The notes beneath the pieces are model-generated. The model saw nothing but the letters and a program-made list of their open reading frames with translations. It was not told where the DNA came from and ran no database searches. A DNA stretch of 50,474 nucleotides from Candidatus Fermentibacter danicus (lineage in GTDB: Bacteria > Fermentibacterota > Fermentibacteria > Fermentibacterales > Fermentibacteraceae), in assembly GCA_001618615.1 (NCBI GenBank), contig LKHB01000226.1:15819-66292 (forward strand). Direction: 5' to 3'. Within the stretch, counting starts at the first letter, position 1. The number at the start of each line of letters is the position of its first letter. The translations under genes were made by a program, and so were the position numbers. Positions 45,428 through 50,474 of the stretch are shown piece by piece.

Positions 45428-47764
45428 TCATCCTCCCGTCGTCCACAGGACCGTGTCCGGGTCGATGAATACGCCCTGTTCGGGCCTCGGCACACGGTTC
45501 TCGCCCTTCAGGACCGATCCGCAGTCGGGGCAGAGCGCCGTCCTGGGATCGATGGTAGCGTCACAGACCGGACAGACGAGCCGCAGCCTCGAATCGACAT
45601 AGGCGGCCAGCTCGCCCGCGGTAATCCTGCCGTTCCCGTCAGCGTCGGCCTCGCCTGCTGATCCGTCCAGGAGGATCGGGGTGAGGATCCTCTCGCTGAC
45701 GCTGAGATCCTCCCTGGCCGCCGTGAGCACGAGGACATTCGATCCTTCGCCGAAGTCGTTGACCAGCCCTCCGGAGTGGCAGGCGTCGACGAGCAGGACG
45801 ACCGACGCCTCCCGGCCGGACAGGCGCCCGGAAAGCCAGTCGTCGTCGATGTCCTCATCGTAGAGGCAGAGAGTCTCGTTGGCCGAGTCCGGCTCCTCGG
45901 GTCCGCCCGATCCCGGGATGTCCTGGCTGCCGTGCCCGCTGAAGAACACGAAGAGCAGATCGCCCTCGCCGGCGGCGGACAGAACCCGGGTCACCGCGTT
46001 GCGGAAGGCGGCCGCGGTGGCCATGTCGTCGACCAGGAGGACGATGTGGTCCGGCGGGACGCCCTGGCTGTTGACGAGGAACCGGTAGAAGTCCAGCGCA
46101 TCCATGCTCGCCCGTTCGAGTACGTTGGCGGCGGATGGATAGCCGCTTATCCCGACCACTATGGCCCATGTCTCGCCCGGGCCGCCGGGAGCCGCGAGGG
46201 GCTCCCTCCCGATGCTTTCGGTGGAGAGCGTGAAGGATCCCCGGCCTCTGCGCTCGTAAGCATAGACTGTGACGGAATAGAGGGCGGCCTCCGGGCAGTA
46301 GAACGAGATTTCCTCGTCTCCCGCGGCATCGGCGGAGCTGATCCACCCCTGAGCCATCCTGTCGATGCCCGGGCCGGAGACGAAGAGGTCGAAGTCGGTC
46401 TCCCTGTCCGATCCGCGCAGCTTGATGCTCAGGACGGCATCGGCCTCGGACTGGACGAGGAACGTCGCTACGGGCGCCTCCGGGCTCAGCTCCCCGGTCG
46501 CCGTCCCGTCGAGGATCGTTGCCTTGGATGGAGATATGACGAGCCTGCAACCGGTCGGACCGACCGCTCCGGAGTAGCTCGGGCTGACCCATAGGGTGTC
46601 CCCGCCGGCGAGCCATACCGTGAGCCGTTCGTCGCCTCGCTCGGTCGTGAGGGAGATCCGGGGCGGACCCTCGCTTCGGAAGACGGTGAAGTCGCCATCC
46701 CTGGTCTTCTCGAAAAGGGCGGATATCTCGAACATCCCGTCGCGGGGGGCGGTGAACCCGACAATCTGCGTCCTGCCGGACGACACGGTCAGGGTGGTGT
46801 CGACCCTCTCCCCTGAGAAGGCCTCCAGATCCCCCTGCTCCCGCAGATCGAACCTTATCCTGCCGGAATCGCCCGGGTCGTAGGCTGTGACCTCCGCCAG
46901 GAAGCCTCCGCCGCCTGCCGGGAGGAGCAGCGCCTCCTGGCATGAATAGCTGGATGAGCCGGCCAGGTACACGCCTTCGGCGTCATAGATGGTCAGGTCG
47001 ATGTCGCCGGATTCGGACGGGCTTCCGAGCGTCAGCAGCCTCCTCCGGTCGGACGGATCGATGCGGAACCGTGCTACGTAGTTGTTACCGTCCAGGGTTC
47101 CGGTTCTGGCTCCGGAGAGCGTGGGGAAATCACCTCGACGCGTGGCCGCGAGGGAGAAGGAACCGTCCCCCGCCTTGTTGTACCTGGACACCACCACGAT
47201 CAGCGTATCGGACGCCGTGGCGGAAACCAGCACGGACTCGTCGCCCCCTGTGCCGTAGCTTCCCGCCCAGAGGTCCGTTCCGTTCCCGTAGACCTCCAGA
47301 TCCAGGTCGGTTGCGCTTCCTCCGACCAGTTCGAACAGCCACTCGCCCTCACGGGACGGGACGAACCGGAAGGCCTCGCTCATCTCGCTGCGGGAGACGC
47401 TCCCGGTCTGTCCGAAGGCCGGATTCATGGGCAGCGGGGCCTTGTCGGAGACGGAGACGACGGCTTCGGTACCCGGCTCGCCCGCAACCTCGATGAAGAA
47501 CCAGTAGTCGCCGAAGGCCGAGAGGGACAGGGCTCCCCTGTTGCCGGAGGCCAGCGTCCTGCCGTCCTCGTCGTAGGCCGTCAGACGCACGGAAGACGGT
47601 TCCGCCGTCACTCTGAGGAATACGTAGCTCTGTTCGAGGATCCTCACCCATCCGGATCCGTCCTCGAGAACCACCGGACGGCTCTCCCCCGAGAGCATCA
47701 GGGGCACATCGTCCGCAGGCGGGAGAACGCTGCCCAGGACGGCTGTCAGAATCAACGGGTTCAT
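45428..47764 (-). CDS. Caspase-family (peptidase C14) protein with N-terminal PPC-like repeats
   Basis: ATG at 47764 with GGAGG RBS; DLDLEVY/DIDLTIY/DFDLFV repeats; catalytic FSGHG and DACHSG; DADGNGRIT; CxxC-x10-CxxC. Confidence 0.85.
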   Translation of the reverse strand: MNPLILTAVLGSVLPPADDVPLMLSGESRPVVLEDGSGWVRILEQSYVFLRVTAEPSSVRLTAYDEDGRTLASGNRGALSLSAFGDYWFFIEVAGEPGTEAVVSVSDKAPLPMNPAFGQTGSVSRSEMSEAFRFVPSREGEWLFELVGGSATDLDLEVYGNGTDLWAGSYGTGGDESVLVSATASDTLIVVVSRYNKAGDGSFSLAATRRGDFPTLSGARTGTLDGNNYVARFRIDPSDRRRLLTLGSPSESGDIDLTIYDAEGVYLAGSSSYSCQEALLLPAGGGGFLAEVTAYDPGDSGRIRFDLREQGDLEAFSGERVDTTLTVSSGRTQIVGFTAPRDGMFEISALFEKTRDGDFTVFRSEGPPRISLTTERGDERLTVWLAGGDTLWVSPSYSGAVGPTGCRLVISPSKATILDGTATGELSPEAPVATFLVQSEADAVLSIKLRGSDRETDFDLFVSGPGIDRMAQGWISSADAAGDEEISFYCPEAALYSVTVYAYERRGRGSFTLSTESIGREPLAAPGGPGETWAIVVGISGYPSAANVLERASMDALDFYRFLVNSQGVPPDHIVLLVDDMATAAAFRNAVTRVLSAAGEGDLLFVFFSGHGSQDIPGSGGPEEPDSANETLCLYDEDIDDDWLSGRLSGREASVVLLVDACHSGGLVNDFGEGSNVLVLTAAREDLSVSERILTPILLDGSAGEADADGNGRITAGELAAYVDSRLRLVCPVCDATIDPRTALCPDCGSVLKGENRVPRPEQGVFIDPDTVLWTTGG

Positions 47765-47850
47765 CAGTCCTCCTGAAGCGGCGGAACGGATCAGTCGCAC
47801 TCGCTGCGGTTGACGGAACTCCGTGGAATCAAAACGCTATTATGGCGAAT

Positions 47851-48507
47851 CTAGAGGACGGCGGCGAAGGGGTTGCTGCGCATCTCCTCCCCTACGGTCG
47901 TATCCGGCCCGTGCCCGGGATGTACGACGGTGGAGGGAGGCAGGGCGAAGATCTTCCTCCTTATGGAATCGATCTCCGTCTCCATCGATGCCCCCCAGAG
48001 ATCTCCGATGCCGGGCAGGCTCACGACGCCCACGGAACCTTTGAAGAGCGTGTCCCCCGAGAAGAGGTGCCCGGGAAACAGCAGGCCGACGCTTCCGGGG
48101 CTGTGTCCGGGAAGGTGGATCACGGTGCATTCGAGGCTGCCCGAACGGAGGGTCCCGCCATCGACGAGGTCGATGTCGAGGGGGCCGGTGGAGATCGGTT
48201 TCCCGAAGAACGCCGAAGCGTTCAGGGCGGGATTCTCGAACATGGGCAGGTCTGCTGGATGGCCGGCGAGCCGGGCTCCCAGGCGGTCGCGCCAGTACCG
48301 GGCATCGGAGATATGGTCCAGGTGGCCGTGCGTAAGCACTATGATCCCGACGCGCCATCCCGAGACCATGGCTTCCACGCCTGACCTCTCCGACTCGTTC
48401 GTAGTCGAGGGATCCACCAGTATGGCGTCACGGGTCTCCGGATCGCCCGCCAGGTAGCACCTGGTCCAGCTCCAGTCCCTCGCAACGCCAGTGGAGCGTA
48501 TCTCCAT
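47851..48507 (-). CDS. MBL-fold metallo-hydrolase (glyoxalase II-like)
   Basis: THGHLDH, PGHSPG, SGDTLF, PGHG. Confidence 0.9.
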   Translation of the reverse strand: MEIRSTGVARDWSWTRCYLAGDPETRDAILVDPSTTNESERSGVEAMVSGWRVGIIVLTHGHLDHISDARYWRDRLGARLAGHPADLPMFENPALNASAFFGKPISTGPLDIDLVDGGTLRSGSLECTVIHLPGHSPGSVGLLFPGHLFSGDTLFKGSVGVVSLPGIGDLWGASMETEIDSIRRKIFALPPSTVVHPGHGPDTTVGEEMRSNPFAAVL

Positions 48508-48511
48508 CGTC

Positions 48512-49198
48512 TCAGGTGATCTCGTCGGCGAAGGAGCCGAATCCCGTGTGCATCGCCTGTATTCCTTCCGAAGCCCTGAGCCGCACGGCCAGATCGAACA
48601 TGCACAGCAGGGCGTATCCCCGGAGATCTCTCCGGTACGACACGGATGTGGTCAGCTTGCCTCCGGGCCAGGGCATGTGAAGGCTTTCGAATTCCTCAGG
48701 GGGCAGATACCGGGGCCATACCGAGAACGTCACCCTGAGGCAGGGGGCGAAGGGATCGGGAACGCGCATCATCGTTTTGAGGAGCTGGAAGTCCCCTCCG
48801 AGATGATGGACGGCGGATCTCATCTGCGCAGGAGTCCTCCTGCCGTTGGAGCCTGGAGAGGGCAGCCTGGTCACGAAGTCGAGCCCCTCTGCCGAAGGAT
48901 AGCCCAGCTCGAGCAGGGCGGAAGACTCGTCGAGACATGCCGCGAACAGTTCCGACGCCGAATCGGCCGGGAGGGAGGCGGAGACCTCCGCCAGGTCGGG
49001 CCATTTGCTGAGGGTTCTGGACAGCTTCTCCACGCGCGAGCCCGCTGCGCTCCGCGAGATCTCCCTGACGTGATTCCTGAGGGAGGCGAACTGGGGGATC
49101 CATACGGTGGCCCTCCTGCCTCCGCTCCACAGGGCCATGTGGTAGAGCGCGAGCGATACCTGCCAGGAAGTCTGGAAAGCGCTGGGGAAGCGGGTCAA
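48512..49198 (-). CDS. Hypothetical protein
   Basis: TTG at 49198 overlaps the xerD TGA; fills the gap to the MBL gene; no motif recognised. Confidence 0.6.
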   Translation of the reverse strand: MTRFPSAFQTSWQVSLALYHMALWSGGRRATVWIPQFASLRNHVREISRSAAGSRVEKLSRTLSKWPDLAEVSASLPADSASELFAACLDESSALLELGYPSAEGLDFVTRLPSPGSNGRRTPAQMRSAVHHLGGDFQLLKTMMRVPDPFAPCLRVTFSVWPRYLPPEEFESLHMPWPGGKLTTSVSYRRDLRGYALLCMFDLAVRLRASEGIQAMHTGFGSFADEIT

Positions 49199-50085
49199 TT
49201 CCGTGCCCTGGGATGGCAGGTCTTCATCACTTCGACCAGCCAGGTCCTGTCTATGTCCGTATAGATCTGGGTGGTCCTGATGTCGGCATGACCCAGAAGC
49301 TCCTGGACTACCCTGAGGTCGGCGCCGCCCTCCAGAAGATGCGTGGCGAAGGAGTGCCTGAGCGTGTGAGGGTGGACCGTAGCCGGAAGCCCCGCCGTGA
49401 GCGCCGCCTTTTTCACCATGTTCCAGAAGGACATTCTCGAAAGGGGTCTTCCGCCGCGCCCGACGAATACGAACCTGCTGGGGCGACCGCGGAGGAGTTC
49501 CAGCCTGGGCGCCCCCATGTAGCGGGACAGCCATGAGACTGCAGGGCCGCCCAGGGGCAGCAGCCTCTCCCGGCCTCCCTTCCCGAGGGGTCTCACAGTG
49601 GATTCCTCGAGGGAAAGCCTGTCCGTGGTCAGCCCTGTGACTTCGCTCTCGCGCAGGCCGCACCCGTATGCGAGTTCGAGCATGGCCCGGTTCCTGGTCG
49701 ATACCGCCGTCGTCCCGTCGAACGCCTCCACGAGAGCAGCCGCGGCGACGGGCGAGAGGACGTCCGGAAGCCTGTCCGGAATCTTCACGGAAACCGTTCC
49801 CTCCACCGGATTGTCGGCCCTCAGGCCCTCCGAGGCGAGATAGTCGAAGTACCCCCTCAGGACGGAGAGCTTCCGCCTCACCGAGGAGGGGGAGAAACCC
49901 GAACCGCCCAGGGATGCCGCGAACTCGGCGATGCTTCGGGCGTCGGCATCGGGGAGCCCGGTGCCGCGGTCGGCGAACCATTCGGCGGCGGAGGCGAGAT
50001 CGGTGGAATAGGCCGATATCGTGGCGCGGGAGAGGGATTTCTCCAGCGCGGCGTAGTCGAGATAATCGCGGATGGTATCATCCAT
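49195..50085 (-). CDS. xerD: Tyrosine recombinase XerD
   Basis: [55 protein letters not shown]. Confidence 0.9.
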   Translation of the reverse strand: MDDTIRDYLDYAALEKSLSRATISAYSTDLASAAEWFADRGTGLPDADARSIAEFAASLGGSGFSPSSVRRKLSVLRGYFDYLASEGLRADNPVEGTVSVKIPDRLPDVLSPVAAAALVEAFDGTTAVSTRNRAMLELAYGCGLRESEVTGLTTDRLSLEESTVRPLGKGGRERLLPLGGPAVSWLSRYMGAPRLELLRGRPSRFVFVGRGGRPLSRMSFWNMVKKAALTAGLPATVHPHTLRHSFATHLLEGGADLRVVQELLGHADIRTTQIYTDIDRTWLVEVMKTCHPRARN

Positions 50086-50474
50086 TGCGCTTCAGCCAGG
50101 CGATGAAGCCGCCCTGGTTCGAGGCGGGAGCCGACCTGTACGGTACGGTCGAACTCAGGCCCACGGTAACCCCGGGTCGTTCCAGAAGGGCCGCGATCTC
50201 CCTCGCCTTCTCGTGAGACTGTCCGGAAACGATCCTTGTCGGCAGCCGCCTGTCCAGAATGGCCATCGCCTCCTCCCGCCCGAACTCCAGCCCCTCGCAC
50301 AGAGTCCCGAGAAGACCCTCGACGGCGTCCTGCGAAATCGAATGGAGATAGACCGAGAGCGCCGACCCAGGAGGAGACGGTACTGGATGGAGCATGGGCG
50401 GAGTCTCGCAGGAGGAAGGGGGTATCCTTCCCAGATCCTCGAGCGAGGGGAGAACCGGGGGTTCGACGGGAGCC
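50078..50474 (-). CDS. Partial CDS (C-terminal part) with L7/L12-CTD-like motif
   Basis: Frame is open to the window edge; [19 protein letters not shown] resembles the L12-CTD/ClpS-like fold; overlaps the xerD start. Confidence 0.5.
   Translation of the reverse strand, partial: APVEPPVLPSLEDLGRIPPSSCETPPMLHPVPSPPGSALSVYLHSISQDAVEGLLGTLCEGLEFGREEAMAILDRRLPTRIVSGQSHEKAREIAALLERPGVTVGLSSTVPYRSAPASNQGGFIAWLKRNG

Noticed and set aside
49195-50085. Tyrosine recombinase as integron integrase or prophage integrase
   Set aside because: It has typical XerD length and motifs, lacks the IntI-specific insertion, lies 36 kb from the attC-like sites and has a housekeeping context.
1-50474. In-frame UGA selenoprotein genes, expected given selA and selB
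   Set aside because: Recognised genes appear full length and their TGA codons are ordinary stops, often ATGA/TTGA overlaps. I found no Cys-position UGA by eye; a SECIS scan would be needed to exclude small ones.

Overview
High-GC bacterial chromosomal window, almost entirely minus-strand housekeeping genes in tightly coupled operons. In transcription order these are: xerD, an MBL hydrolase, a PPC-repeat caspase-like protease, archaeal-type pheS/pheT, uvrB, a secreted TWGxIK protein, an ispH-UbiA fusion, purB, a degenerate GAF-GGDEF protein, purL/purQ/tandem purS, a radical SAM protein, rng, rplU, folD, aroQ, efp, a PPIase, rlmI, then nrdR and rnfCDGEAB-selAB-ugd. The plus strand carries tRNA-His, tRNA-Lys, tRNA-Arg, a candidate 6S-like RNA and dacB. 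The one accessory-looking islet (about 10.3-13.45 kb, after tRNA-Arg) holds a secreted 7-repeat beta-propeller with hypervariable blade positions, and a SAM-methyltransferase bracketed by two decayed integron attC-like sites with no integron integrase in the window. Gene content (Rnf, Sec machinery, FlgD/T9SS-like and TWGxIK C-termini) suggests an anaerobic FCB-superphylum organism such as Ca. Fermentibacteria; this taxonomy is inference only. All calls come from motif recognition and manual reading, with no database searches.
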